Shown: positions 24,031 to 37,445 of the stretch, piece after piece
Layout of the letters: each line of letters begins with the position of its first letter
Position numbering within the stretch: the first letter of the stretch is position 1
NCBI RefSeq assembly: GCF_947568905.1
Contig: NC_079173.1
Coordinates: 36,332,001-36,396,000, forward strand
DNA: 64,000 nt
Source: Ostrea edulis
Taxonomy: Eukaryota
Direction: 5' to 3'
Notes under the pieces: generated by a model
Databases searched by the model: none
Told to the model about the DNA's origin: nothing
What the model saw: only the letters and a program-made list of their open reading frames with translations
Program-made: the position numbers and the translations under genes

Positions 24031-24911
24031 ATTTCTTAAACATGCATTGCTCTTTTCCATCTAATGACTATTTCTGAATAAGAATATTTGAATAAAAAGA
24101 GAACCGCAAACGGTAGATCATATGCCCGTCGGACAGTTATGACAAAATTCCAATGCAATATCTGTATCCATAATGGGAGAAAGTCCAGGAAACTATTTAA
24201 CAAAAGTTTAGCACTAAAGTATATCACGGTGCACCAATCCAGCTGAAATGCAAACTGAAATTGCATTCCACTGAGAGGAAGCTTGTGATTAAATTTCAGG
24301 GCAATATCTGTATCCGTAAAGAAAATTGTTTGATAAACTTTTACCCCTAAAGTAGGTCACGGTGCACCAATTCAGTTGAAATACAAACACACTCTTACAC
24401 TTCTTGAGGGAGATTTTGTTTCCAAATTTCAACGCTGTACATATCTTTTTACGGAAAAAGTCTGGAAAACATTACCTCGAATGGACACACGGACGGACGA
24501 ATGGACAGCGGTCATGACAGACATATAAATGTCAATTTTACTCTTAGTTAGAATTGAATGTACTTTTCAACAATATACATATGTATATTTCTTCTTTGAT
24601 CTGGGTGTTAGCACATTGCTAAAAGTGTCTGTTCATTAAATGACCCAATCACACCTGTTGTTTAAAACAACTCACTGACTACAGCTTATCTGGGTGTCCA
24701 CTAAATGCCCCAAACTGATGGATGTTTAAATTTATCCAGGGGTGAAAGTGATTAATAGTTCTCTGAGCAAACCTTTCAGTGTATCAGGAAAGATCCTACA
24801 CCGTGACAGCTGCCGAATGAAAGGCGTTACCATTTGAAAATTAAATACATGTAAATATATTTTTCTTACCGACGAAAAGGGTTTATAGACGATATATAAC
24901 TCCGATATATA

Positions 24912-25099
24912 ACTCCGTTTACCTGATCAGGATATGGGGCTCACGGCGGGAGTGACCGGTCAACGGGGGATGCTTACTCCTCCTAGGCACCTGATCCCAC
25001 CTCTGGTGTGTCCAGGTGTCCGTGTTTGCCCAACTATCTATTTTGTATTGTTTGTAGGAGTTATGTGATTGATCACTGTTCGTTATCTTCACCTTGCAT
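24912..25099 (+). mobile_element. 3' end of the Naiad-type Penelope-like element
   Basis: Near-identical reverse complement of 48476-48660. Confidence 0.85.
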
Positions 25100-25837
25100 A
25101 CAAAATAACTCAACTAGAAAATCCTTATCTAATATCTGGCTCAGATTACATAATTGAATGTCAGTGCTGTAAGTAATATACCTTTCAGATGTCTACGAGC
25201 AGCAAATAATTGATGCAGTTAAAGTTGATATGATTTTGCCTTCTTTACTTACAATGTACCATGATGTTGAATCATATACATTAATTTCAGTGGAAGATGA
25301 GTGCAGCGGACTTTGAGCATACTGCCAAGTAGGTATTCAAGATTTACACTTTTACCAAACACTCTCAAGATACAAGATGAATTTATATCTTTATTATAAT
25401 TATGATATACTTAATGATATAGAAATTGAAACTAATATCTTAACACGTAGTTTTTGTTCTTGTTTCGTTGTCAGTATCGTTTCAAATTTATTTCCTCAAA
25501 ACATGTATTTCTTTTCTATATTTCAGACACAACGATACCAAAGAAAAATCTACATATATTTTGTAACGAGAGAGATAAAATCTCAAAAATAAATTTATAT
25601 ATTTTATTCATCAAATTGTCTTTAATAGCTGATTTGTTAGCTAGTAAGAGTTTTTTTTTACAAGGCGTTAATGAAATTTCCATTTGATTGTTTGAGAAGC
25701 TGAAAATTTTGTGGTACATACAGCCACTTGGGGTGTGTAGCACTGGACGCATTTTCTCTATAATTTTCAAAATCTACTTTAAATGTTTTATTTTTTGATC
25801 ATTTTACAATCAGAAAACACAAACAGCAGGTGTGAAC

Positions 25838-26660
25838 AAATTTTATACGCCCGTCTTTAGACGGGACGTATAATGATACAGCGATGTGGGTACGTGCGTC
25901 CGTCCTTCTCTACGTCTGTTCGGGGTTTTCTGTTTCTAATTTCATTTCTGTGTCTCATAACAAGCTGAAACTTGCGATTTATCTTCCTTGTCGATCATTC
26001 TAAATCATATTGCAATTTTGATCCATCTTGACCTCTCTTACAGGAGTTTTTTGCCCCTTTATTTGAACATTGTTTTTATATGGAGGGTACATAGTATGTC
26101 TGTTTAACTTCTCCCACAATTTTCAAGTGAGGACTATCTTGTTTTACAGAGTGTTTGTATGAATATTGAAAGTGTGCATGTGACAAGTATTTTGACTTTC
26201 TTCAGTTTTTCTGAAAATTATAGATTGTTGAATTTAGTCTGTTTTGACGAAAGTTGGTATTATATTTTAGAGAGCACGTGATCTGTACGCTGAACTCCTC
26301 CCATAGTTTTCGAGTGAGAACCTCCTTATTTTGCAGAGTGTTGATATAGGTATTGAAGATGTGCATGTAGAAAGGAGTTTGATTTTCTTCAAGTTTTGAA
26401 ATTGTTGAACTTTATTAGCTTTCAGGAATTATTACATAGAGAGTACATGATTTTTCTGTTTTTCTTTCAACAGTTTTCAAGTGATGACATGCTTATTTTG
26501 CAGAGTATTTGTGTGGGTATGGAAGATGTGCATATGGCAAGGAATTTGATTTTCTTCAGTTTTTGAGAAAATAACAGGTTGTTGGATTTAGTCCGTTTTG
26601 AGGAAATATTATATCAAATAAAAGACACGGTTTGTCCTTTGAACTCCTCTCAGAATTTAG
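25838..26660 (+). repeat. Pearl/Helentron-like element with about 150-160-bp core repeats
   Basis: Starts TTTTATACGCCCGTC with the hairpin CCCGTCTTTAGACGGG and a CGTC microsatellite, then 3-4 units containing TTTTCAAGTGAG..CTTATTTTGCAGAGT...GAAGATGTGCAT. Confidence 0.6.
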
Positions 26661-27272
26661 ATTGATTGATTGATTGTATCTTGCTTAACGTTTCTCTCGA
26701 GAATTTTTCACTCTATGGAGATGTCACAGTTGGGAAGCTAGGATCTTTGTAGATAACTTGAATATGTGTATAATGCAAGGATTTTGATTCTCGATTCTTT
26801 TGTATTTACTTAGATGTTTTAAATATTTACAGGTTGTTAAACTTGGACAAAGTTGGGGAAATATTTAACACAAACTCTTGGTTTGCATGTCTATGTACCT
26901 TGGTTTGTCTATATTTACCTTTGGAAAGGTGAAGATAGCGAACAGAGATCAACCTCATAACAGGTTTAAGTTAAAACCCTTTGCTCATACAATTCAAAGA
27001 AAGTCTGTCAAAGCGTGATGATGGCTGATACTACCTGAAGCAATGTTCTACAAATTATGACATAAGAAAAACACCCTATCTAAGCATTTTCACGGGCGTA
27101 TTATGTACCATTTGCAGTCCTCTTGCTTTATTACATACTTGATCTGGAAAGAAAAGTTTATGGTTTCAATGTAAAGTTTGTTCATGCATGCGCTCAATAT
27201 TGTTAGGAGGAATAACTCACCATCAACGATGACGTAATGTGATGTATATGATGTTATAATTCTAATTCTGTT

Positions 27273-27502
27273 GGGCCTCCGTGACCGAGTGGTTAGAGCA
27301 TCGCACCTCTAGTCGGCGCGGGTTCGAATCCCGCTCGCGCCGGTACATGTAAATGAGAAAGTTTCCCAGTTTACTTTCGGAAGGTCGGTGGTCTCTTCGC
27401 AGGTACATTGTATCTGGGTTCTCTCTTCCATCAATAAAAACTGGGTGCCACCAGATAATTGCAAAATTGTTGAGTGTGGCAGAAAACAGCAAAACAATCA
27501 AT
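27273..27502 (+). mobile_element. tRNA-derived V-like SINE, copy 2
   Basis: A box TGACCGAGTGG, B box GGTTCGAATCC; body matches 225-470. Confidence 0.8.
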
Positions 27503-28009
27503 CTAATTCTACGTTGATTTGGTCAAATGAAGAGTAACTTGTGAGTTGCTTCGTGATCCTTATACAACATTGTCTTCCTTTTTTCAAAAGAAAGTAAACA
27601 TAATAAAAAATCAATGTATTTTGTACATATAAATGACATTTTGCTACTGATTTCGGTATTTTTAGATGGCTTTCAAACACTGCGAGTTTGCAATATCGAG
27701 ATAACACTGTTCCATTGTAACCCCTACCTTTTCAACACCCACGCTAATCTCTACCAGCCACTCTAGTGTCCCAGTCCCTGAAATTTATTTAAAGGAAGGT
27801 TTTCAGGATAGGACAGTCTCTAAATCGTCTACATATTGCCATGACAACGATTTGTATGACAACCGAGCTGTAGTATAAATTTTACAATTCACTGAACTTA
27901 TAAATCTAAATAAATGTTATTTCCCCAAACTTATGAATTCCTAGTAAAATGAGGAGACATATTTCGTACCTCTCATTTCCAAAGAAATAACTAGATGAAC
28001 TTTATGACA

Positions 28010-28480
28010 AGCGAGATGAATTCAGCTTCTCAACCTTCGACTTCCCACATATACATGTATGTGGTAATACTCCACTATCACCTGCTTGTGGTTTATATAT
28101 ATCAACTGATCTGATACGTTAGAGCACGTTCTGCGTATGATCAATATTTCGAAACAGGCTACTGACAAGAAAGTTGATGTTATAGAGGTTTCAACAATCT
28201 GATTTACAAATACAACTTTTCATTAGGTCGAATGCTGTCAGAAGTGTTTCATACCAATTGTTACATGACTTTCTTTACATACTAATTTTGACTGCAGATT
28301 TACTCCGTTTACCTGATCAAAATATAGGGCTTAAGCCGGGTGAGACCAGTCAATAGGATATGCTAACACCTCCTAGACATATGATATCACATCTGGTGTG
28401 TCCATGGGTCCGTGTTTGCCTTACTCTTAATTTTGTATCATTGATAGGATCTGTGAGATGGGTTACTCTTAGATATCTCA
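28010..28480 (+). mobile_element. Diverged 3' fragment of the Naiad-type Penelope-like element
   Basis: Matches the RT thumb region (YDKRDEFSFS..NF) and the 3' UTR of the main copy. Confidence 0.7.
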
Positions 28481-28582
28481 TTCACTTTTTATTGATGAAA
28501 TTGATCTACTACAATTATCTCTGTCCTTTATCTTTACTTTTCATGCTATGTTTATATCATGGATTTGGGATTCCCCAAGGCT

Positions 28583-31500
28583 TTTTAGGTCACCTGCGTA
28601 AGCTCAGGTGTCCTATTGCAATCGGTCAGCATGCGAAGTCCGTTGACAACTGATAAATTTTGACTTTTTTTTGATAACTATGATTCCAATTCTTTTAAAA
28701 TTTAGTATGGGGCACTTTGGGGACAAGGGGAACATAAAGTGTAAATTTTAGGACTTCTGCACTGCCCAGGCCTTATGGGGCGAAGCAAAACAAAGTTTCA
28801 AAACTCTTCTCATCTTCAACAGCATATTTGTAATAATATTAAGGTGGGTCCTTAGTCCTGGATTTTTGGGGTTTAGGTAGCATTTTTTTGTTTGGAATCA
28901 ATAAATTAACATTCAGAGTAATGAAAAAAGGCAAAACAGTTAAGGGTTTCCATATTAATTTTCATTACATACACCACTAAAGTCATATACCCCGATGTAG
29001 ATTTTTATGAAATTCATTGGAAACAGTTATTTGTTGTTATTTTAATATAAAAACAACAAAATATTTTTTGAATTGCATTTATTTATCGGGAAACATGTCA
29101 ATAACTAAAACACATGTCATTTTCAATATGTTCATCAAGTTTTAGAAAAATATGTGCAAAATTATTGAATTAGCGTTATTCCCCAAAATGTTAAAAAACA
29201 AACAAATGTGGACGCATTTTCCTTATAGCATGGTTTACATATCATTTTTTCTGTTTATATTAGTAGAGTTACATCTGTTATAGTTATTCATGGGGGAAAA
29301 TCCATACCTTTCCTTAATAATTTCAAATCTATAGCTTCCAGATTATGTATACCCCCATCAAAAACTGAAGTCTGGCACCATACAGCTGAGCTATTTAAAT
29401 CACTCGGGATTAAAATTGTATGTAATTTCATGAAAAAACACAGATAATGATTCCTTATCACCTTGGTAAAATGTTTGTCAAAAATAAAGGAAATATATCG
29501 CATTATGGACTTGATAAATAATTGAATGAAAACAGAGTTATTGTCCTTGGATTCAATATTTTGACACATATAATTGACTATTTAAATATAACTAAGAATT
29601 TTGAAATATTTTATGGCTAACAAGATTTTTTACAATAACTATTGAAAAAGATTCCAACAAAATTTATGTTCCTATCATTAAATTATTGACTTTGCAAAAT
29701 CCTATGACGTCACACGAGTGTGGAACTACGTTAAATGCATCATGATGTAGAGCAGAAAGGCCTCTCCCAAAATTGTAAATTTTCTGATTCACTGGCGCTA
29801 GGACAGAGTCAAACTTGAGATATTGTGTATAATTTGTAATTACTCTAAGCGCTTTAACAATTTAAAATGTAAAACATGATAAGATTAATCAGAGCATAAA
29901 ATATAACATCCAAATAAAATAAAACAGTTTAAACATTACGAGTCCATGCGACAAACCAGCCTTTACTTTAAAAAAGAAAATATTACAAAATATGTTTATA
30001 AGATTTCATAAAAATATATGTTTTAAGGTTTGTCTTAAAATTTGTCTTAAAACTTCTGACAGTGACACATGAACGGATGTCTATCGGTAAACTGTTCTAT
30101 AGTGTGGCAGCTGTTACATCAAACCTTCGATCTCCATAGGTCTTTGTACGAACGCGGGGTTTTTCTAGCAATCGTGCATTGCATGAACGCAGAGATCGTT
30201 TTGGTTCGTACACAGTGATGAGGTCGCTGATATAGGCCGGTGCCAATCCGTTTAGTGCCTTGTATGTGTGTAGTAAAATCTTGTATTCAACACGGGAATC
30301 AACCGGAAGCCAGTGCAAGGACACAAGCACCGGTGATATATGGTCATGTTTCCTGACCCGGGCAACAAGTCGAGCTGCTGAGTTTTGGATTGTCTGTAGC
30401 CTGCTCAGATCTGTTTGGGGTAGCCCTTTAAATAGTGCATTTCCATAGTCTAAGCGTAATAACACAAGAGAACATACAAGAGTCTTGCAGGCGTCATCAT
30501 TGATGAAAGAACGAATCCGTGCAATATTCCGTAGATGATAATAACAAGAACGAGAGATGGAACTAATATGATTTTTAAAAGAAACTACACTGTCGAAAAA
30601 AACACCAAGGTTTCGAACACAGTCCGAGTTGGAAATAATGGTATTTCCAAAAGACAGTTGAAAAGATGGTGAAACGTTTGAATGTTTCGAAGTAAACACT
30701 ATAAATTCAGTTTTTTCTTCGTTTAATTTCAGCAGGTTGACGTTCATCCAAGATTTTATATCTGCAAAGCATTCCTGTAGCCGCCATGAGATAGTATTCC
30801 ATGTATCTGTAGGTCTAAAAACTAAGTATGCCTGGTTATCGTCAGCATAGCAATGATACATGATATGATGTCTGCGGCAGATTTCACCAATCGATTTTGC
30901 AAAACATTGCATAAAGTCTTGGTCCCAGAACTGACCCTTGGGGCACTCCATATGGAAGCAGAAAGTCCTTAGACTTTGCAGTTCCTACAACCACTTTCTG
31001 ACTACGACCAGTTAAGGAAGATTTGATCCATATAAGTACTGCACCAGTAATACCAAATGATACCTCCAGTCGCTTAATGAGAATTTGATGGTCTATAACA
31101 TCAAAAGCTGCTGAAAGATCTAGCACCACCAAGGCAACACAAGAACCTTTATCCAATGCTGTCACAATATCATGGTGTACCCTTAGAAGAGCTGTTTCTG
31201 TTGAGTGACAAGGACGATATGCAGACTGGGCCACGTCATTTAGGTTGTTTGAATCTATATGGTGCCCTATGCGAGCTCATACCACTCTTTCCAAAATTTT
31301 GGAAAGAAATGAGAGGTTTGAGACAGGTCTGTAGTTCCGTAACGAGTCTGGCTCCAATCCTGCTTTCTTTAATAACGGATGTACAATGGCTTCTTGGAAG
31401 GAAGATGGAAATATACATTCATTCAAAGATTTGTTCACTATTTCTACAAAAATAGGTAGCACATATTCTAAAATGGGTTTCAGAAGTGTATCTTATCTAG

Positions 31501-32255
31501 TACTATTGAATACTAAATTGGAACGATATGAATATTAAGGAAGAGCAGATATTTTTTAACCAAAATGATAAATTTTAGATCCAAGAAGTTGGGATTTCGG
31601 TATCAGGGTTGGGTCAAAATGGTCAGTGATCAACAATTGAATATTTTCAACTTTTTGATAACTACCATCTAATTTTTTTAAAAATTTGTTATGAAGCATC
31701 TTTGCGACAAGTGGGACATAAATTGTTAATTTCGGGATTCCATAACTCCTGGAACCTTAGGATGGGTAAAAAGCTGCCAAAGATTGACTATTTTCAAATA
31801 TTGCCCTCTCTATAATCGCACACTTGCAAGAAAAAATAAATACATAATGAGGTAGAGAGGGGAAAGTCTCTACCAAAGTTATGATAGTTATAGTTTGAAA
31901 GACTTCTGTAAGCTTTATGATACGCTAAAAACTACTACACACATATTAAGGTAAAGCAGAAAAGGATGTACCATACTTGTGAATTTCGCAACCCATTGGT
32001 TTTGACTATGAAGCATGTCCAAATTAATCATATCGTGTTAATGTTACATATATTATGTAAATACTTTCTTTATTAATGGGAATTTCGGAGGGATATTATT
32101 TCAAAGAACACATTTCATTTTATACTCTTCTTGAATATTAGAATTTAGCTTAAATATGCAGAACATAATTTTTTCTAGATAGCATAGCCCCTGGAACTAG
32201 TGATACTTTTAGCTAATATTTAGGTGACCGATAAGACCTATGAGACTCTTGTTGA
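28583..32255 (+). repeat. Helentron-like repeat interrupted by nested insertions
   Basis: Family 5' terminus TTTTAGGTCACCTG..CTCAGGTG at 28583, similar core units at about 28650 and 31630, and a 3' terminus AGGTGACCGATAAGACCTATGAGACTCTTGTT at about 32225-32255. Confidence 0.45.
30015..31470 (-). mobile_element. 5'-truncated L2/CR1-clade LINE, reverse transcriptase pseudogene
   Basis: Frameshifted ORFs 31277-31462, 30884-31234 and 30097-30951 give PLLKK...NYRPVSNLSFLSKILE, QSAYR..HSTETAL, LDLSAAFD, GVPQGSVLGP, YADD and LHWLPV..R, then a (W)NSLP...FKT..KT 3' end. Confidence 0.92.
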
Positions 32256-32541
32256 TAATTTTCTTTATTCTTTGGACTAACATTGCAGAATTTCGCAAAA
32301 TATCATATATCTGAAAATTTCTTATTTAATACAATTATTATCCATGTCTATTTTCATTAATGTATTTCATAAATTACGTTTCTTGTGGGTGTGAACATAA
32401 GCCATATTTCTCACATACATTTATGGTATACTAATGCTGAATACGATATTTCATTAATGATAGCCGTATATAACTTGACCAGTGTCTGATAAGAAGTCAT
32501 ACATTACGACATACACCTTTATCTGGAACATGGTTTCCAAC

Positions 32542-33824
32542 ATGAAGTCTTTAGTTTTCTGCTCACAGATCATTCTTTTATGTGGCTGGTTTACTGTTTC
32601 GGAAGCAGAGGATTCCAAACCTGTAACATCCGAGCTAGAATATCTCCGTGAATCTGTTGCACGTTTGCAAGGAGCACTCAATGATTATGATGATCGTTTT
32701 AACAAAATGGAATCTGCCAATCGCGCTTTGTGGGTGACGGTATCAAAGCAGAACCAACATATGGCCCATATGGAAGACATTATTCAAGGCTTGCAAGAAA
32801 CTGTGCAAAGAGAAAAAATCGAACTAGACAATTTTCCAAAGACACTGAGTGACATTTTAGCGCATGTCAGTGGATATAATGACGAAGTGAAGAACATCCC
32901 CCACAACTACACGACTGATGTAACTGACCAGACAAAAGCTCGAGGACTAATGCGTAAGTCAAAAACTTGATTTAACTGGTATACAATAAAATGTGACATC
33001 ATTTCAATTTCTATATCCATACCTGGGATAATACCAGCCGAATAATAGCTTTATCATTTTATTTGACATTCATGTGTCGCATATCATGTGACATTGTCTA
33101 CAAATAAAAGGATGTCATATACTCCACTGAGTGAAAGCTCGTGCTTTGGTAAAACGTGTCATTTACGTTTAACACATGCATACATTTAAACATGTACATA
33201 ATCATCGGGCATACTGAATATTACCAAGTGATGTTAAATTTGAACTTCATGATCATTAAAAGTAATTATTTAATTCATGATACTTTGACGAATCATAGAA
33301 CGTTGTCACAAGATTCGATTTGAAGTATTTTAAATATTGGAGACCGTTTGTTGATTTTTTTTAATGACGCAGATTAATTGTCTGTATTGCTTGTAGGACG
33401 ACTACTTGTTGGATCCTTGCCTGTACCTGTCGCTTTTCAAGTCTACCTGAGTGGGCGACAAACCACACCAAGTGGTCATCAGACGATCATTTTTGATACT
33501 GTCCAACTAAACATCGGGAACGGTTACCACCAAACATCAGGAATATTCGTTGCCCCTGAGTCAGGAATCTACGTATTTGCTTGGTCTATGCGCCTGTATG
33601 GAACCTCATCACACTCTGCACAACTTGTGGTTGGCAATCAAGAGTATGATGCTGTATATCTTGCGGTGCACGATGGGGACAATGAAAATGTGAGCGGCAC
33701 TGCTGTGGCACAGGTGGAGAAGGGAGAAGACGTCTTCGTGAGAACACACGCAGCTTTTAACTTGGGTAACGTGGAGAGTGATGCTGTAGGGAGGACCTCT
33801 TTCTGCGGATGGAAGATCAACTGA
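32542..33824 (+). CDS. C1q-domain-containing protein (signal peptide, coiled coil, globular C1q), about 279 aa, 2 exons
   Basis: Exon 1 is 32542-32953 (MKSLVFCSQIILLCGW..., heptad-rich, ends ATG C|gtaagt). Exon 2 is 33397-33824 (phase 1), with the gC1q motifs VAF, IIFDTVQLNIGNGY, SGIFVAPESGIYVFAW, GEDVFV and TSFCGW. AATAAA at 33855. An in-frame upstream ATG exists at 32530. Confidence 0.92.
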
Positions 33825-34329
33825 GATTAATCTGTGATCCATATTATAAAATAGAATAAAGATGGCTGCAGTTTCGTTCTAGTCTGGACCATTTTTAACA
33901 ATTCGCAAAAGATATAATTATGATTTTGATACAACAGTACATGTTTATGCATTCATAGCATTTCTAGAATCAAGAATGGTAATCCCTAGAATATATCACA
34001 GGTGCTTTTTTATCGAATATGATATAGTATACATACCAAAGTGTATAGCCTTTCTAACACTGGTACAAACCTCTGTGGCAAAATGTAACCACATGCTGAT
34101 ACACCATTGTAAGACGTTGGTTATTATTGATAGGTTAGCAGCTGGAACTGAAAGTTCGGGTATATTGTTATCCCGGTCCTTCCTGTCACAATATCTACAT
34201 GTACTTTCTACTTTATTATAAATTTCGCAACCCTTTCGGCTATTGATACTTTGACTAACACTTAAGTGACCTTTATGGTCAGTGGACCCCTTGGTTTGCT
34301 TCTACTAACATGTTCTCTCTCTCCGTTTG

Positions 34330-34578
34330 AAATTTGTCAGACAACATTTGACCCATGCTGCATTGGCAAACTAGATCGTTATAACGACCATAGAAATTGT
34401 TAAATGCTGACTTTATACGAAACTGTTAAAACTCCTGCACCATCAACTTGTTAGTAGCCTTCCTCAATTTAAAAACTGATCATAAACATAACAAGCTCTT
34501 GCGTATCGAATCATTCGAGATATATAAACACCATATGCAGGTGATTGATTGATTGTATCTAGCTTAACGTCTCGCTCA

Positions 34579-34609
<31 letters not shown>

Positions 34610-35100
34610 ACACCGGTGAAGGGCTTCAAATTTAGGCTTATGCTCGACAGATACGGCCATTGAGCAGTGAGAGTTCTTTAGCGTGCCACACCTACTGTGA
34701 CACGGGACATCCGGTTTTGAGGTCATCTCCGAGGACCCGTGACATTCACACCTGATGCCGAGCGTTTGGCGATGTAACTGTCACTACTTGTTTTATCGAC
34801 TTAGGTTTGTCGCGGCCGGGATTAGAACCCCGGCCTTCCGCATGCGGGGCGAACGCTCTAATATCTCGGCCACCGCTATAATGCTACATAAAGATGGGAA
34901 GTTGACGATGGAGAAGGTGAAATCATCTGGTTTATCATAAAGTTGAGTTACTGTAGTTTGCCGTTAATATCTATTTTCCATGAAAGATCTAAGTATGAAG
35001 CAGAAGTGGACGACTCTGTGGTGTCTTTTAATTGGAGTTCACATGGATATATCGAATCGACATATGTCATGAAAGGAAACTTTGATCCCACACTACAGTC
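34330..35100 (-). mobile_element. Naiad-type PLE RT fragment interrupted by a SINE
   Basis: 34370-34540 and 34880-35100 are consecutive pieces homologous to 48760-49140. Confidence 0.75.
34542..34877 (-). mobile_element. Full-length tRNA-SINE of Meta/Deu-domain type (family B1)
   Basis: On the minus strand: tRNA head (TGGCCGAGATATTAGAGC, GGTTCTAATCC), central CGCCAAACGCTCGGCATCAGGTGTGAATGTCACGGGTCCTCGG, the shared 3' body, and a (CAAT)n tail. Confidence 0.85.
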
Positions 35101-36237
35101 TCTCTCACATTTGCTTCTCCAACTTGTGCACTGGCATTGTTGTACAAAAATATTTTTTTGGATTCATATGTTCATTTTTGTGAATGTCACTGGTGTCACT
35201 CGTATGCAAACTGTGGTCCTGTATAAATTTAGAACATCTTGAGTAACATTAGAAAAGTTTAATTCATGTCTCAGAAGACGAGTATTTCACGGCTGCTGTT
35301 TCTTTGATGGAAAAATTGTAGGGACTGAAAAGTATAAGGGTCTTTAAAATGTTGAGATTAAATTCATGTATTGTCATTAACATTCAAATTCGTACGACTG
35401 TTCCTCTGATTGGAAACCGCGCGCCTTATGATTTTGTTTTCATTTTAATCAACAGTGACATAACAGCACAAAACAGTTCTTTTTCCCCATCTAAAATATT
35501 GCACAAATTCATCTATATTAAAATATAGAATGTTAACAAGTTTTTTTGTTGATTGTTATATCTAATATTTCCATCATTGGCGAAGATCTACCACTTTGTC
35601 AGTGTGACGATGCATTCTCTAAGCATTAAGTGTACTGCCCGGAAGTTACTCTGATTCATTCGCCACCTATCGGTTCAGTTCGAGATAACTCCGTTAAGTT
35701 GGCATATCGGAAGGGAGCCATTGTTAGCACATATTTAATCACTAAGTCCAATTCATTTTGGCCCCATCCTTGTACCAAATTCCCTACCCCTATCCTGGGA
35801 TCATGAAATTGACAATTTCGTTAAAGATCGATCTGCTCGACATGAGTATTCATTTAGTTTGTCATACAGATGTGCACTTGTAAATAAGCGAATTTTGAAA
35901 ATTGTCAAATTTTTGTCAGTTTTCCCCGCCTCTAAGGCCCGCGAGTGCGAGTCCAGCAATTTACAATTTACGTCCCCCTTCTCGTAACAATGCGTGGTAA
36001 TTCATTTCAAATTCGAAGATCAGTTATCAAGAAGTTGAGAATACTAGCACACATTTATTCACTGACCATTTTGATATGACACCACCTTGCTACTAAAATC
36101 CCTAATTCCAAGAACATTAAATTAATAATTTTGATAAAGGGCTACTGGCTCCTTCTAATTCACCAATTTTGTTTTGATTTTGTATCAATAGCGTTGAAGA
36201 TCTTATAAACACTATATGCCAAGGTTAGTCCCCACAC

Positions 36238-36365
36238 TGGAGTCTGATGTTTAGCAGGCTGGTAAGGGGGAATTGTGTGTTCGCATGAGTTTTATATCAC
36301 ACTGGATTCTGATGTTTAGCAGGCTAGTAAGGGGGAATTGTGTGTTCGCATGAGTTTTATATCAC
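36238..36365. repeat. Two-copy tandem duplication, about 62-bp unit
   Basis: CTGGA(G/T)TCTGATGTTTAGCAGGCT(G/A)GTAAGGGGGAATTGTGTGTTCGCATGAGTTTTATATCAC occurs twice. Confidence 0.85.
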
Positions 36366-36634
36366 CAATTTTAGTAATAGAGAAATTACTCCATGATAAG
36401 TATATTTGTTCTGGATATTTCATGCATGATGAGAGATAGAAAATGCAGATATTGCTGTATATGAAACATATGATAGATACATATAGATGATTGTATAAAA
36501 ACCTCTGCATAAATGACCATTACTCAGCTTTCGATACCTCGCCACTATTAAATATTGAGATTACACAGGCTGTTAATCATGGTGTTCCAATACACTCCAT
36601 ATATTGTTAACAACACACTAACACCTTTATAACA

Positions 36635-37445
36635 AACGGGATGACGCCAGCTTCTCCATCGCCAACTTTCCATATTCATGTAGCAATATTCTATTCACCT
36701 TCATATGGTTTTGATTCGACACGCAAGAATATGTTTTGCGTAAGTTTTTTTTAGAATCGAGGTAGGCTACTTAGAAATATTTTGATGTTACAGGGAGTTT
36801 TAAGTCTCGTTAAAGTAAGCATTTCGCAACGTTTGTATGCGTTATAACGATCTAATTTACAAATACAACCTCTCATTAGGTCGAAGCTGTTTGCCGTGCT
36901 TCATACCAATTTTCAGACATTTTTTGACTAATTGGATTATTCCGTTTACCCGATTGATATATAGGGCAGTGATCAATCTCATAACTCATATAAGCAATAC
37001 AAAATAGATAGTTGGGCGAACAGGGACCCCTGGATACACCAGAGGGGGGGATCAGGGTACCTATTCACAAAATATCTTACGACTAAGATCAAAATTTACA
37101 AACACGGTAATTTCCTTATTTTTCATTTCTTGTATACTTTCTTAATTAATATGTAAAGTACATCCATGGTTTATAAAAGTTGAATACATACTTGTGACCT
37201 TGGGATCGGTATTTGATTATCAGACAGAATTATTTTTTCATCTTAGTCGTAAGATATTTTGTGAATATGGGCGCAGGTGTCTAGGAGAAGTAAGCATCCC
37301 CTGTTGACCGAACACACCCGCCGTGAGCCCTATAACTTGATCAGGTAAACGGAGTTATCCGTAGTCAAAATCAGCATGCCAAGAACGGTCTAACAATCGG
37401 TATGAAACACGTCAGACAGCATCTGACCCAATGATAGGTTGTATG
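36635..37445. mobile_element. Head-to-head Naiad PLE 3' fragments with a small TIR insert (37043-37270)
   Basis: 36635-36965 is RT-sense. 36965-37445 is antisense and is interrupted by CCTATTCACAAAATATCTTACGACTAAGAT ... ATCTTAGTCGTAAGATATTTTGTGAATATGG (about 30-bp inverted repeat). Confidence 0.75.

Noticed and set aside
22882-25330. Two exon-like open segments (22882-22977 and 25189-about 25330)
   Set aside because: Their splice phases are incompatible (joining creates a stop), there is no recognisable domain, and no start or terminal exon was found.
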